Below are positions 47,869-57,732 of a DNA stretch of 64,000 bases, piece after piece; the first letter of the stretch is position 1, and the number at the start of each line of letters is the position of its first letter. The notes beneath the pieces were generated by a model that was not told the origin of the DNA, did no database searches, and was given only the letters and a program-made list of their open reading frames with translations. The stretch is taken from positions 13,141 through 77,140 of the forward strand of contig CACLYL010000001.1 in the NCBI GenBank assembly GCA_902611135.1, in the 5' to 3' direction. The translations under genes were made by a program, and so were the position numbers. This DNA comes from an uncultured Fidelibacterota bacterium. GTDB taxonomy: Bacteria; Fidelibacterota; Marinisomatia; Marinisomatales; UBA1611.

Positions 47869-49077
47869 ATGCTTCTTTTATTAGAAAACTTTCTGATTTC
47901 AATATCTGCGATCTTTGCTAATAAGGCTAGGTCCTCACTTACCGCATTGGGAATTGTGATAGGTGTCTTCTCAGTGACCATGATGGGAACTCTAATTACG
48001 GGTTTAGATAAAACATTTGAAGGGAGTATGTCATTTTTAGGTAAGAATATTCTTTATGTTGGTAGGTGGGAATGGTTTAGTGATATGGATTGGTGGGAGA
48101 TGAAAAATAGGCCAAGAATTAAATTGGAATATATAGATAAAATCAAAAATAAGTCCGATTTGGTATTGGCAGTCGCTCCTGAAAGGAGAAAAGGAGTTTC
48201 AATATCATATCAAGAAAAAAATACAGGAATTGAAATTTTTGGAACAAGTGAAAATTATATGAAAACTATTTCATCAAATATTGTTTCAGGAAGATTCTTT
48301 ACAAATAATGAAGATCGTTCTGGTTCAAGGATAATTGTTATTGGGGATGGAGTAAAAAAAGCTTTTTTTGGAGAAAAAAATCCAATTGGAGAAAAAATTA
48401 AAATAAATAATATAAAGTTTAGAATAATTGGGGTTCTTGAGGAGCAAGGAAAATTTATGGGTATTTGGAGCTTGGATAATAGAGCTATAATACCCTTAGG
48501 GACTTACGAAAGGATTTTTTCGAGAAGAGATTTTCTTACGATGAGAGTTAAGATCCCTGATAAAAACTTAAATGAAGGCAAAGATGAAATTATGACAATA
48601 ATGCGTCATTTGCGTAGTTTAAAACCTAATCAAAAAAATGATTTTTCAATTAATCAAACTAAGGCATTTGAGAAGCAATACAACAGTTTAAAATTAGCTA
48701 TAGGGGGGACGGGTACATTTATAACACTTTTATCATTAATTGTTGGAGGAATAGGAGTAATGAATATTATGTTTGTCTCTGTAAAAGAAAGGACTAGAGA
48801 AATAGGTGTACGTAAAGCTATCGGTGCAACCAAAGGTATGATTATGGGTCAATTTTTAATGGAAGCAATAACAATTTGTCTTTTCGCTGGTCTTACTGGT
48901 TTGTTATTTGCGTACATAAGTAGTTTCTTTTTAAATAAGCTTTTTCCATCAACATTGGATTTAGGATTAGCAACTTTTGCGATTCTAATAAGCATGTTAG
49001 TTGGCGTTGTTTCAGGTTTTATCCCATCTTACCAGGCAGCCAATTTAGACCCAATTGACTCATTAAGGTATGAATAG
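47869..49077 (+). CDS. ABC transporter permease, MacB/FtsX-like
   Basis: MacB periplasmic core domain plus a C-terminal FtsX bundle. It ends AANLDPIDSLRYE. Confidence 0.85.
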   Translation: MLLLLENFLISISAIFANKARSSLTALGIVIGVFSVTMMGTLITGLDKTFEGSMSFLGKNILYVGRWEWFSDMDWWEMKNRPRIKLEYIDKIKNKSDLVLAVAPERRKGVSISYQEKNTGIEIFGTSENYMKTISSNIVSGRFFTNNEDRSGSRIIVIGDGVKKAFFGEKNPIGEKIKINNIKFRIIGVLEEQGKFMGIWSLDNRAIIPLGTYERIFSRRDFLTMRVKIPDKNLNEGKDEIMTIMRHLRSLKPNQKNDFSINQTKAFEKQYNSLKLAIGGTGTFITLLSLIVGGIGVMNIMFVSVKERTREIGVRKAIGATKGMIMGQFLMEAITICLFAGLTGLLFAYISSFFLNKLFPSTLDLGLATFAILISMLVGVVSGFIPSYQAANLDPIDSLRYE

Positions 49078-49079
49078 AT

Positions 49080-50327
49080 ATGGGCTCAAGAAGTCTGAAA
49101 AATATTTTTAAAGAAAGTTTTTGGATGGCAATAGATGCAATAAAAAAAAATAAACTTAGATCAGGTTTAACCCTATTAGGAATTAGCATAGGTGTTTTTT
49201 CTGTGATTGGTGTTATGACTGCAATAAGAACATTAGAATCGTCGGTGGAGTCAGGGTTAAATATTTTTGCTGCAAATAGCTTTATAATTCAAAAGGATCC
49301 AGAGTTTCAATTTGGAGATAATAGAAAAAAATATCGAAATAGAGCGAATATCACACTAGATCAATATAAAAAACTTAAACTTAGATCAAAATTACCATTA
49401 CTGGTTAGCCCTGCAACTGGTAAGGGAAGTAGAAATGCATCATATAAAGCTAATAAAGTAAAGCAAGGCTTTCAACTTGCAGGAGGAGATGAAGGGACAA
49501 TAAGATTCTATAACACTTTCTTAGCAGATGGAAGAAACTTTGTTGCTGATGATATTCATTATTCAAAGAATATTTGCATTTTAGGAATGGATATTGTTGA
49601 TCAACTATTTTTATTTGAGGACCCAATTGGCAAAAAAATAAAAATTGATGGTCTTGATTATCTGGTCATAGGTATAACAGAAAGACAGGGTGAAGCGTTT
49701 GGTGAAAGTAAAGATAACTTCATAGTTATTCCCATCTCTAAATTTATTGAAAAGTATTCAGAAAAGCGAAGAAGTATTAGGATACATGTGGAAGCCCCAT
49801 CTGAAAAGTTATATGATAAAACTAGAGATGAAGTAGTAGGTATTCTTCGATCTATTCGTAAAGTAGACCCAGGAAAAGAAAATGATTTTGAAATTATAAC
49901 TAACTCAGCTATGATAGACCAGTTTTCAGGTTTTACAAAAGGCATCAAATTATTTGCATTATCTGTGAGCATAATTGCTTTAATAGTCGCAGGGATTGGT
50001 ATTATGAATATAATGCTAGTTTCAGTAACTGAGAGAATAAAAGAAATTGGTATTTGTAAAGCTATTGGAGCTACTAAAAAAGATATATTAATGCAGTTTT
50101 TATTAGAGGCCATTTTTTTAAGTCAATTCGGGGGTGTTTTAGGAGTTTTTTTTGGAATTTTAGGGGGTAATATAGTAGCTATAATTTTTAAAATTCCAGC
50201 CGTAATTCCGATTGATTGGGCAATAATTGGGATGGGTGTCTGCTCTTTAATTGGGATAGGTTTTGGCATTTATCCAGCTTGGCGAGCTTCTAATTTAGAT
50301 CCAATCGAATCTTTAAGATTTGAATAA
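49080..50327 (+). CDS. ABC transporter permease, MacB/FtsX-like (paralogue)
   Basis: Same architecture as the preceding permease. It ends ASNLDPIESLRFE. Confidence 0.85.
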   Translation: MGSRSLKNIFKESFWMAIDAIKKNKLRSGLTLLGISIGVFSVIGVMTAIRTLESSVESGLNIFAANSFIIQKDPEFQFGDNRKKYRNRANITLDQYKKLKLRSKLPLLVSPATGKGSRNASYKANKVKQGFQLAGGDEGTIRFYNTFLADGRNFVADDIHYSKNICILGMDIVDQLFLFEDPIGKKIKIDGLDYLVIGITERQGEAFGESKDNFIVIPISKFIEKYSEKRRSIRIHVEAPSEKLYDKTRDEVVGILRSIRKVDPGKENDFEIITNSAMIDQFSGFTKGIKLFALSVSIIALIVAGIGIMNIMLVSVTERIKEIGICKAIGATKKDILMQFLLEAIFLSQFGGVLGVFFGILGGNIVAIIFKIPAVIPIDWAIIGMGVCSLIGIGFGIYPAWRASNLDPIESLRFE

Positions 50328-50485
50328 ATAACCAATTAATTCTTATTAATAATATATCAAAAACTAAATTAAAAACTTTTTATTGGGTCCGTTATTACTA
50401 TGTGTTTTTTAATTTTCATTAAACTACTCTTTCTATATTTATTCTTTTTAAATTTCACAATAAATCACTTTGAAAAAGGCTTTTT

Positions 50486-51208
50486 TTGATGAATATAGGT
50501 ATTATCCCCGCAAGATTAAATTCTTCAAGGTTTCCCAAAAAGATTTTAACCCCTATTTTTGGTAAACCAATGATAGCTCATGTTGCTGAAAGAGCATCAA
50601 AAGCAAAAAAGTTAGATAAAGTAATCTTGGCCATTGATAGTGATGAAACAAGAATGGCATTAAGTGATTTTAATTTTGAAGTTATGATGACAAAAAAAGA
50701 ACATCTTTCTGGAACAGATAGAATAACAGAGGTAGCAAGAAATTTTAAACAAGCAAAAGTTATAATCAATATCCAAGGAGATGAACCGTTGATCGATCCA
50801 GAGGCCATCGACAGTTTAGTAGATGTTTTTAAAAACGATGAGGTTGTAATGTCAACAATTATAACTAAAGAACTTTCAGGTAGAGATTTAATTGATTCAA
50901 ACGTCGTAAAAGTATTGGTTGATGAGAATCAAAATGCAATTAACTTTAAAAGAGAAGTTTTTGATATTGAAATTGGAGGTTTATATAGACATATCGGGAT
51001 ATATGGATTTCGCAAGAAAACTTTATTTCACTTCTCTTCATTGTCTCCTTCAAAGTTAGAATTAAGATATAATCTAGAGCAACTACGCGCTTTGGAAAAT
51101 GGTATCATGATCAAAGCTATTTTAACAGAGAAATCGTTCCATTCTGTTGACACTAAGGAAGATTTAAACAAAATATTATCTTCTTTCAAACAAGAAGATT
51201 TCATATAG
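50486..51208 (+). CDS. kdsB: 3-deoxy-manno-octulosonate cytidylyltransferase
   Basis: N-terminal IIPARLNSSRFPKK and internal NIQGDEPLI. The likely true start is ATG 50489. Confidence 0.9.
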   Translation: MMNIGIIPARLNSSRFPKKILTPIFGKPMIAHVAERASKAKKLDKVILAIDSDETRMALSDFNFEVMMTKKEHLSGTDRITEVARNFKQAKVIINIQGDEPLIDPEAIDSLVDVFKNDEVVMSTIITKELSGRDLIDSNVVKVLVDENQNAINFKREVFDIEIGGLYRHIGIYGFRKKTLFHFSSLSPSKLELRYNLEQLRALENGIMIKAILTEKSFHSVDTKEDLNKILSSFKQEDFI

Positions 51209-51212
51209 TTTC

Positions 51213-52841
51213 ATGGTTAAACAAAAAAACACGAAATATATATTTGTGTTAGGCGGTGTAATGTCAGGACTTGGCAAAGGAATAGCTGCATCATCTGTAG
51301 GTTATTTACTTAAAAACGCAAATGTTAATGTTACAATTTTAAAATTAGATCCTTATTTAAATATTGATCCAGGGACCATGAATCCATATCAACATGGTGA
51401 GGTGTTTGTTTTGGATGATGGATCAGAAACTGATCTTGATCTAGGTCATTATGAACGTTTTATTGATGTTAATATGACAAAGAAAAATAATGCAACTGCT
51501 GGCCATATTTATAGTAGAGTTCTAGAAAAAGAGAGAGAAGGGGAGTATCTTGGTGAAACAGTTCAAGTGATTCCTCATGTAACGGATGAAATAATCAAAC
51601 GAATAAAAGATGTAAATTCTAATTTCTTATATGATGTTGTAATATGCGAGGTTGGTGGTACTGTAGGAGACATTGAAAGTTTACCATTTATGGAAGCTAT
51701 AAGGCAATTATCATTAGAAGTTGGGTATAATAATTACATGATCATACATGTTACGCTTCTTCCTTTTGTCAAAGCAAGCCGAGAATTAAAATCTAAACCA
51801 ACCCAACATTCTGTTATGAAACTTAGAGAAATAGGTTTGTCTCCTGATATGATTTTATGTCGATCGGAGCATGCCATTGATCAATCCGTCAGAGATAAAA
51901 TTGCATTATTTTGTAATGTGAGATCAGACCATGTAATTGAAGGTCGGGATGTGCAAAGTATTTATGAAGTCCCTTTAGTTATGCATGAGCAAAATGCTGG
52001 ACAGTTAATTAATGATAGACTAAAAATAAATAAAGTTCCAAAATTAAATAAATTAAATAATTTTATTAAAAATTTTAAAAATCCAAAATGTCAAGTTGTA
52101 ATTGCAATGTGTGGTAAATATACTGATCTAATTGATTCATATAAAAGCGTTATGGAAGCCTTTATTCATGCTGGTGTGGAAAATAATACAAGTGTCAAAG
52201 TGAAATGGATAAAAACTCAAAAGGTTAAAGATCAAAGTATAGCAAAAAAATTATTCAAAGATATAGATGGAATACTACTACTGCCTGGATTTGGGTCGCG
52301 TGGGGTAGAAGGAAAAATTCATTGTTCTAGATTTGCTAGAGAAAATGATGTGCCTTTTCTCGGGATTTGTCTGGGATTACAGTGTGCAATTATAGATTTT
52401 GCACGCAATGTTTGTGGCTTAAACAATGCAAATTCAACCGAGTTTAATAAAAATACAAGTCATCCAGTGATTAGTTTAATGGAATCTCAAAGGGCAATAA
52501 AAGTAAAGGGTGGGACAATGAGACTAGGTGCATACACATGTGCAATCAAGAAGAAAACTCATCTTTACAGAGCTTATAGAGAGACTAAAATCACTGAAAG
52601 ACACAGGCATAGATATGAGTTTAATAATAAATATTTAAAAAGATTAGAAAAGTATGGACTTATTTTTTCAGGTGTTAATCCTGATCTAAAGGTTGTTGAG
52701 GCAATCGAAATTCCTAGGAATTCATGGTATGTAGCAACACAATACCATCCAGAATTAAAAAGCCGCATAAACAAAGCACATCCTCTTTTTAGAGAATTTA
52801 TAAAAGCAGCGAAAACATTAAAACTTAAGCATGTTAATTAA
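51213..52841 (+). CDS. pyrG: CTP synthase
   Basis: N-terminal YIFVLGGVMSGLGKG. GATase nucleophile GICLGLQ and QYHPE. Confidence 0.95.
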   Translation: MVKQKNTKYIFVLGGVMSGLGKGIAASSVGYLLKNANVNVTILKLDPYLNIDPGTMNPYQHGEVFVLDDGSETDLDLGHYERFIDVNMTKKNNATAGHIYSRVLEKEREGEYLGETVQVIPHVTDEIIKRIKDVNSNFLYDVVICEVGGTVGDIESLPFMEAIRQLSLEVGYNNYMIIHVTLLPFVKASRELKSKPTQHSVMKLREIGLSPDMILCRSEHAIDQSVRDKIALFCNVRSDHVIEGRDVQSIYEVPLVMHEQNAGQLINDRLKINKVPKLNKLNNFIKNFKNPKCQVVIAMCGKYTDLIDSYKSVMEAFIHAGVENNTSVKVKWIKTQKVKDQSIAKKLFKDIDGILLLPGFGSRGVEGKIHCSRFARENDVPFLGICLGLQCAIIDFARNVCGLNNANSTEFNKNTSHPVISLMESQRAIKVKGGTMRLGAYTCAIKKKTHLYRAYRETKITERHRHRYEFNNKYLKRLEKYGLIFSGVNPDLKVVEAIEIPRNSWYVATQYHPELKSRINKAHPLFREFIKAAKTLKLKHVN

Positions 52842-53631
52842 TAATATTTTTAGAAATGAAAATTTAGATATCATTGCTGGCCCTTGTGTCATTGAAAGTG
52901 AAGATCATGCACTCTATATGTCAGATAAGTTGAACAGCATATGCAAAAAATTAAAAGTTAACTTAGTTTATAAAAGTTCTTTTGATAAGGCAAATAGAAC
53001 TTCTCAAGAATCTTTTAGAGGCTTAGGGATTCAAGATGGATTATCTATTCTTCGTAAAGTAAAGAATAATATTGGCGTTTTAGTTTTGACAGATATTCAT
53101 GAACCAATGCAAGCAGATATGGTTTCCGAAGTTGTTGATATTATTCAAATTCCTGCGTTCCTATGTCGTCAGACCGATTTACTTAAAGCAGCAGCTGGAA
53201 CAGGTAAGATTGTTAACATCAAAAAAGGTCAGTTTTTAGCCCCATGGGATATGAAAAATGTAGTTAAAAAGTTAGAAAGTTTTGGTTGTAAAAGAATACT
53301 TTTAACTGATAGAGGAACACAATTTGGTTATAATAATTTAATTGCAGACATGAGGTCGATTCCTTTGATGAAAGACTATGGTTATCCAGTTATATTTGAT
53401 TGCACTCATAGTGTACAGTTGCCTGGAGGTAATAGAACCTTTTCTTCTGGAATGAGGAATATGATACCAACTTTATCAAAAGCTGCAGTTGCTGCAGGAT
53501 GTGATGGTATTTTTATGGAAGTACATGATAATGTAAAAGATGCAAAATCAGATTCAGAAACTCAATGGCCTCTTGATCGTTTTGAATCTCTTGTAAAAAA
53601 GCTTATTGAGATAAGAAGAGTTGTAAAATGA
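52831..53631 (+). CDS. kdsA: 3-deoxy-8-phosphooctulonate synthase
   Basis: IIAGPCVIES, QIPAFLCRQTDLL and FDCTHSVQLPGG. Confidence 0.9.
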   Translation: MLINNIFRNENLDIIAGPCVIESEDHALYMSDKLNSICKKLKVNLVYKSSFDKANRTSQESFRGLGIQDGLSILRKVKNNIGVLVLTDIHEPMQADMVSEVVDIIQIPAFLCRQTDLLKAAAGTGKIVNIKKGQFLAPWDMKNVVKKLESFGCKRILLTDRGTQFGYNNLIADMRSIPLMKDYGYPVIFDCTHSVQLPGGNRTFSSGMRNMIPTLSKAAVAAGCDGIFMEVHDNVKDAKSDSETQWPLDRFESLVKKLIEIRRVVK

Positions 53632-54158
53632 AATCAGACCACAATAATATTAAAATGATTATATCTGACGTTGATGGAGTTTGGACAGATGGAAGCATCT
53701 ATATTGGAAAAAATGGCGATGAAATGAAAAAGTTTAGTGTTTTAGATGGAGTAGGGGTAGCATTGGCAAAAGTTGCAGAATTAAAAATAGTTCTTTTATC
53801 AGGAAGGTTTTCAAATGCGACTGAAAATAGAGCAAAAGAGCTAGGAATCAACGAAGTGTTTAATGGTTTTTTAAATAAATTAACGATTTATGAGAAATTA
53901 AAACAAGAATATAAATTGAAAGACGACCAAATAGTATACATTGGAGATGATTTAATTGATATACCAGTTATGAAAAAAGTTGCCTTTCCTGTTTCAGTTT
54001 CAAATGCAACTCAGGAAGTAAAAGACATATCAGTTTTTATAACTAATTCATGCGGAGGTGAAGGGGCTTTTAGAGAAGTTGTAGAATGGATATTAGATAA
54101 AAAAGGCAAATTAAAACGTACTATTTCTACATTAAATAAAAATGTTAAAAAATTGTAA
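53628..54158 (+). CDS. kdsC: Kdo 8-phosphate phosphatase (HAD-IIIA)
   Basis: DVDGVWTDG (HAD motif I) and GDDLIDIPVM (motif IV). Confidence 0.85.
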   Translation: MKSDHNNIKMIISDVDGVWTDGSIYIGKNGDEMKKFSVLDGVGVALAKVAELKIVLLSGRFSNATENRAKELGINEVFNGFLNKLTIYEKLKQEYKLKDDQIVYIGDDLIDIPVMKKVAFPVSVSNATQEVKDISVFITNSCGGEGAFREVVEWILDKKGKLKRTISTLNKNVKKL

Positions 54159-54672
54159 TTATTTAAACTGGTTAATTTTAATCTTTGTTTCATGTTCTGA
54201 ATTAACAGAGATTGAACCCTTTCCTATTGATAATATTCCAGATCAAGAAAGTTGGGAAGCAATTATAATATTAACAAGTAAAGGTAAAATGAGAGCTAAA
54301 ATACAATCGGAACATTTGGAAAAGTATAATGAAAAGTCACATATCCTCTTAGATACTAATGTGACTGTTGATTTTTTTGATCAAGATGAAAGGCACACTT
54401 CTACTTTAACTTCGGATGCAGCTGAAATTGATCAAAAAACTAATAATATGAAAGCAAGGGGTAATGTGGTGGCAATTTCAGATAGTGGAATTACATTATT
54501 TTCTGAAATTTTGTTTTGGGATTCTAAGAGAGAAAAATTATATACTGAGACAAACATAATGATTACTACATTAGAAAACGATACTTTATTTGGTACTGGC
54601 TTTGAATCAAATTCAAATTTAAAGAATTGGAAGATTTTAAATCTATCAGGAGTATCAGGAGTTGTTTATTGA
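54142..54672 (+). CDS. lptC: LptC-like LPS export periplasmic protein
   Basis: 176 aa with an N-terminal anchor and a beta-jellyroll-like sequence. It lies between kdsC and lptB. Confidence 0.6.
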   Translation: MLKNCNYLNWLILIFVSCSELTEIEPFPIDNIPDQESWEAIIILTSKGKMRAKIQSEHLEKYNEKSHILLDTNVTVDFFDQDERHTSTLTSDAAEIDQKTNNMKARGNVVAISDSGITLFSEILFWDSKREKLYTETNIMITTLENDTLFGTGFESNSNLKNWKILNLSGVSGVVY

Positions 54673-55409
54673 GCAAAAAAAAGAATATATTATCTGTGAA
54701 GGGTTTAGGGCGTCGCTATGGAAAGCGAATGGTAGTGAAAGATATTGACCTTTATGTAAATAGAGGAGAGGTGGTTGGTCTTTTAGGACCCAATGGGGCA
54801 GGAAAGACAACTACATTTTATATGATTACGGGCATGATAACTCCTACAATAGGCGATGTTTTTTTAGATGAAGAAAACATAACAAGATGCGCTATGTATA
54901 AAAGGGCTAGAAAAGGGATCGGATATTTAGCTCAAGAAGCTTCAATCTTTGGAAAGTTATCAGTTAAAGACAATTTGAAGTTAGTTTTACAAATGAGGAG
55001 AAATTTTTCTAAAATAAAGCAAGAAAAAAAATTGGAAAGTCTTTTGGATGAGCTTTCAATTACTCATTTAATAAATAATAAAGGGAGCACATTATCAGGA
55101 GGTGAGAGAAGAAGGGTCGAGATAGCAAGAACGCTTTCTATGGACCCCGATTTTATTTTATTAGATGAGCCATTCGCAGGAGTTGATCCTATTGCTGTTG
55201 AAGAAATACAGGACATCATTTCTTCATTAAAAAGAAAGAATATTGGTGTTTTAATAACGGATCATAATGTTAGAGAAACTTTATCTATTACTGATAGATC
55301 TTATCTCTTATATGATGGAAGAATCTTAAAATCTGGGGATTCTTTATTTTTAGCTAATGATGATGAAGCAAAAAGATTATATTTAGGTGAAAATTTCAGC
55401 TTATCATAA
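54627..55409 (+). CDS. lptB: LPS export ABC transporter ATP-binding protein
   Basis: Walker A GPNGAGKTT, signature LSGGERRR and Walker B ILLDEPFAGVDP. The probable real start is TTG 54669, overlapping the lptC stop (TTGA) and giving MSKKKNILSVKGL. Confidence 0.9.
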   Translation: MEDFKSIRSIRSCLLSKKKNILSVKGLGRRYGKRMVVKDIDLYVNRGEVVGLLGPNGAGKTTTFYMITGMITPTIGDVFLDEENITRCAMYKRARKGIGYLAQEASIFGKLSVKDNLKLVLQMRRNFSKIKQEKKLESLLDELSITHLINNKGSTLSGGERRRVEIARTLSMDPDFILLDEPFAGVDPIAVEEIQDIISSLKRKNIGVLITDHNVRETLSITDRSYLLYDGRILKSGDSLFLANDDEAKRLYLGENFSLS

Positions 55410-56752
55410 TGTCATTATCTTTAAAACAAAAACAAAAACAAAAACAAAAACTTGCTCCTCGCCAAGTATTAAACGCTAGGCTTTTACAACTAAGTAATAT
55501 TAACCTCGAACAAGAAATTATTTTAGAATTAGAAAAAAATCCATTATTAGAGCAAGTTGAATCTGAAACTCATGATTTAGAAAAATCTGAAGAAACACCA
55601 ATTGATGATTTAGATGTATCAATTGAAGATATGTATAGTAGTGAATCTCCGTATTTTATATCAGAGCAAAAAAAAGAGATACCAATTGTCAGTAAGGCAA
55701 CATTTATTGAAAAATTAATAAAACAATTAAATGAATTAGGTTTAAATGACGATGAAATTGAAATTGCGGAAGAAATTGTATGGAATATAAATGAACAGGG
55801 ATACCTTGAAACTGAATTAGTTTTGATAGCAGATAGATTTGAAATCTTGGAAGAGGAAATAGAGCCGATCCTTTATAAAGTTCAAAGAATAGAGCCAAAA
55901 GGCATTGCATCAAGAAATTTACAGGAGTGTCTTTTAATTCAAATGGAAGATACGCAAGGGAGCTTGCATTATAAAATCATCGAAAAATCCTTTGATGATT
56001 TTATGCATAAAAGGTATGAAAAAATTTGTAAAAAATTGGGATGTACGAAAATTGAGCTTCAAAATTCAATCGACTTTATTACACAATTAAATCCTCGCCC
56101 AGGAGAGGGATATAATGATAAATTCCAAACAATAATTCCAGACATTATTATTGCAGAGGACGGTGAAGATTGGATTATAAATACCAACGATAATGGTTTT
56201 CCAGAATTGAGAATAAGCCAATCATATAATGACCAGTTGAAAAATAAAAGTCTGGATTCAAAGACCAGAAATTTTTTCAGAAGCAAGATGGACTCTGCTC
56301 AGTGGTTCATGGAGGCAATAAATCAGAGGAGAAACACATTGATTAATGTCATGGGTACTATAATTAGTTTTCAGCCAGAATGGTTTGCTGGAGATATGAA
56401 CTTTCTTCGTCCTTTGAAACTAAAAGATATTGCAGAAAAATTAGAAATAGATATTTCTACAGTTAGTCGATCAACAAGAGGAAAGTATGTGGATACCCCA
56501 TATGGAGTATTTGAATTAAAGTATTTTTTATCAGAATCAATTACCCTTGATGGAGGAGAAAATGTGGCAACATTTAATGTAAAACGTTGTTTAGAAAAAA
56601 TTATTTTGGGTGAAGATAAAGATAACCCTTTTAATGATGATACTTTGGTATCTAAACTTGCTGATCAAAATTATAAATTAGCCCGAAGAACAGTTGCAAA
56701 GTATAGAGATCAACTAGGTTATCCTGTTGCGAGATTAAGAAAAAAAGTATAA
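55409..56752 (+). CDS. rpoN: RNA polymerase sigma-54 factor
   Basis: Gln/Leu-rich region I, a core-binding region, a C-terminal HTH and the RpoN box ARRTVAKYR. Confidence 0.9.
   Translation: MSLSLKQKQKQKQKLAPRQVLNARLLQLSNINLEQEIILELEKNPLLEQVESETHDLEKSEETPIDDLDVSIEDMYSSESPYFISEQKKEIPIVSKATFIEKLIKQLNELGLNDDEIEIAEEIVWNINEQGYLETELVLIADRFEILEEEIEPILYKVQRIEPKGIASRNLQECLLIQMEDTQGSLHYKIIEKSFDDFMHKRYEKICKKLGCTKIELQNSIDFITQLNPRPGEGYNDKFQTIIPDIIIAEDGEDWIINTNDNGFPELRISQSYNDQLKNKSLDSKTRNFFRSKMDSAQWFMEAINQRRNTLINVMGTIISFQPEWFAGDMNFLRPLKLKDIAEKLEIDISTVSRSTRGKYVDTPYGVFELKYFLSESITLDGGENVATFNVKRCLEKIILGEDKDNPFNDDTLVSKLADQNYKLARRTVAKYRDQLGYPVARLRKKV
55423..55451 (+). repeat. hexanucleotide tandem repeat (AAAAAC, about 4.8 units) inside rpoN codons 5-14
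   Basis: C occurs at 55427, 55433, 55439, 55445 and 55451 with A5 spacers. The repeat encodes KQKQKQKQK in region I. Confidence 0.9.
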
Positions 56753-56763
56753 AAGGAGTAAAA

Positions 56764-57732
56764 ATGGCAGCTAAAAGAGTAATTATTGGAGATCAAGAAA
56801 TTCAAATTCCTGATTTTAATTTTAAATTTATACCTGTATTGACTTTAGTATTAATTGCATGGTTGTTAACAGGTGTATTTATGGTTAACCCGGATGAAGT
56901 TGGTGTTATCCGGACCTTTGGAAAGTTTACTAGAATAGTAGAACCTGGATTAAATTATCACTTCCCTTACCCTATCCAAACGGTTAGTACACCAGCCGTC
57001 ACAGAAATAAAGAGAATAGAAATTGGCTTTAGAACATTGAGAAATGGGCAATATAGAACAATAGAAAAAGAAAGTATGATGCTAACTGGTGATGAAAACA
57101 TTGTCGATGCAGAGATGATTGTCCAATATAAAATAAAAGATCCCGTTCCTTATCTATTTTCTATTGTTGAGCCAGTATTGACTGTTCGAGAAGCCGCTGA
57201 AGCAAGCTTGAGAACTGTTGTCGGAAGAAATAAAATTGATGAAACTCTTACAACAGGGAAATCTTTAATTCAAGAAGATACAAAAATGCAGTTACAGGAA
57301 ATTCTTGATAAATATAATTCAGGAATTCATATTGTTGCAGTTCAATTACAAGATGTTTCTCCACCAAAACCAGTAATTGCTGCTTTTAAGGATGTCGCAT
57401 CAGCTAAAGAAGATAAAAATAGAATGATAAATGAAGCAGAAGGATACAGAAATAATGTTATTCCAAAGGCTAGAGGTGATGCAGAGGCAATGATTTTAGA
57501 TGCTCAAGGATTCAGAGAAGCACGTATTAAAAGATCTGAAGGAGATGTGGCTAAGTTTAATACTATATTAAAAGAATATCGAAAAGCAAAAAGTATAACT
57601 CAGAAAAGGCTTTATTTAGAGACAATGGAGAAGGTTTTGCCCGAAATTGAAAAGATTGTTATTCCAGATAAAGAAGGTGGTAATATGTTGAACTTATTAA
57701 ATTTAAATGCTCCCAAAAAGGAGGTGAAATAA
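56764..57732 (+). CDS. hflK: FtsH protease modulator HflK (SPFH/band-7)
   Basis: N-terminal TM, an SPFH domain (VNPDEVGVIRTFGKF) and a C-terminal coiled coil. AGGAG SD. Confidence 0.85.
   Translation: MAAKRVIIGDQEIQIPDFNFKFIPVLTLVLIAWLLTGVFMVNPDEVGVIRTFGKFTRIVEPGLNYHFPYPIQTVSTPAVTEIKRIEIGFRTLRNGQYRTIEKESMMLTGDENIVDAEMIVQYKIKDPVPYLFSIVEPVLTVREAAEASLRTVVGRNKIDETLTTGKSLIQEDTKMQLQEILDKYNSGIHIVAVQLQDVSPPKPVIAAFKDVASAKEDKNRMINEAEGYRNNVIPKARGDAEAMILDAQGFREARIKRSEGDVAKFNTILKEYRKAKSITQKRLYLETMEKVLPEIEKIVIPDKEGGNMLNLLNLNAPKKEVK

Noticed and set aside
53764-53777. Sigma-54 promoter-like TGGCA-N4-TTGCA (also TGGCAC at 43862 and 27335)
   Set aside because: The GG-to-GC spacing is 10 nt here, against 12 in the -24/-12 consensus. 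The other sites lack a correctly spaced TTGC. All are intragenic.
55423-55451. The rpoN hexanucleotide repeat as an on/off phase-variation switch
   Set aside because: The unit length is a multiple of three, so slippage cannot shift the frame. At most it changes the length of the KQ tract.
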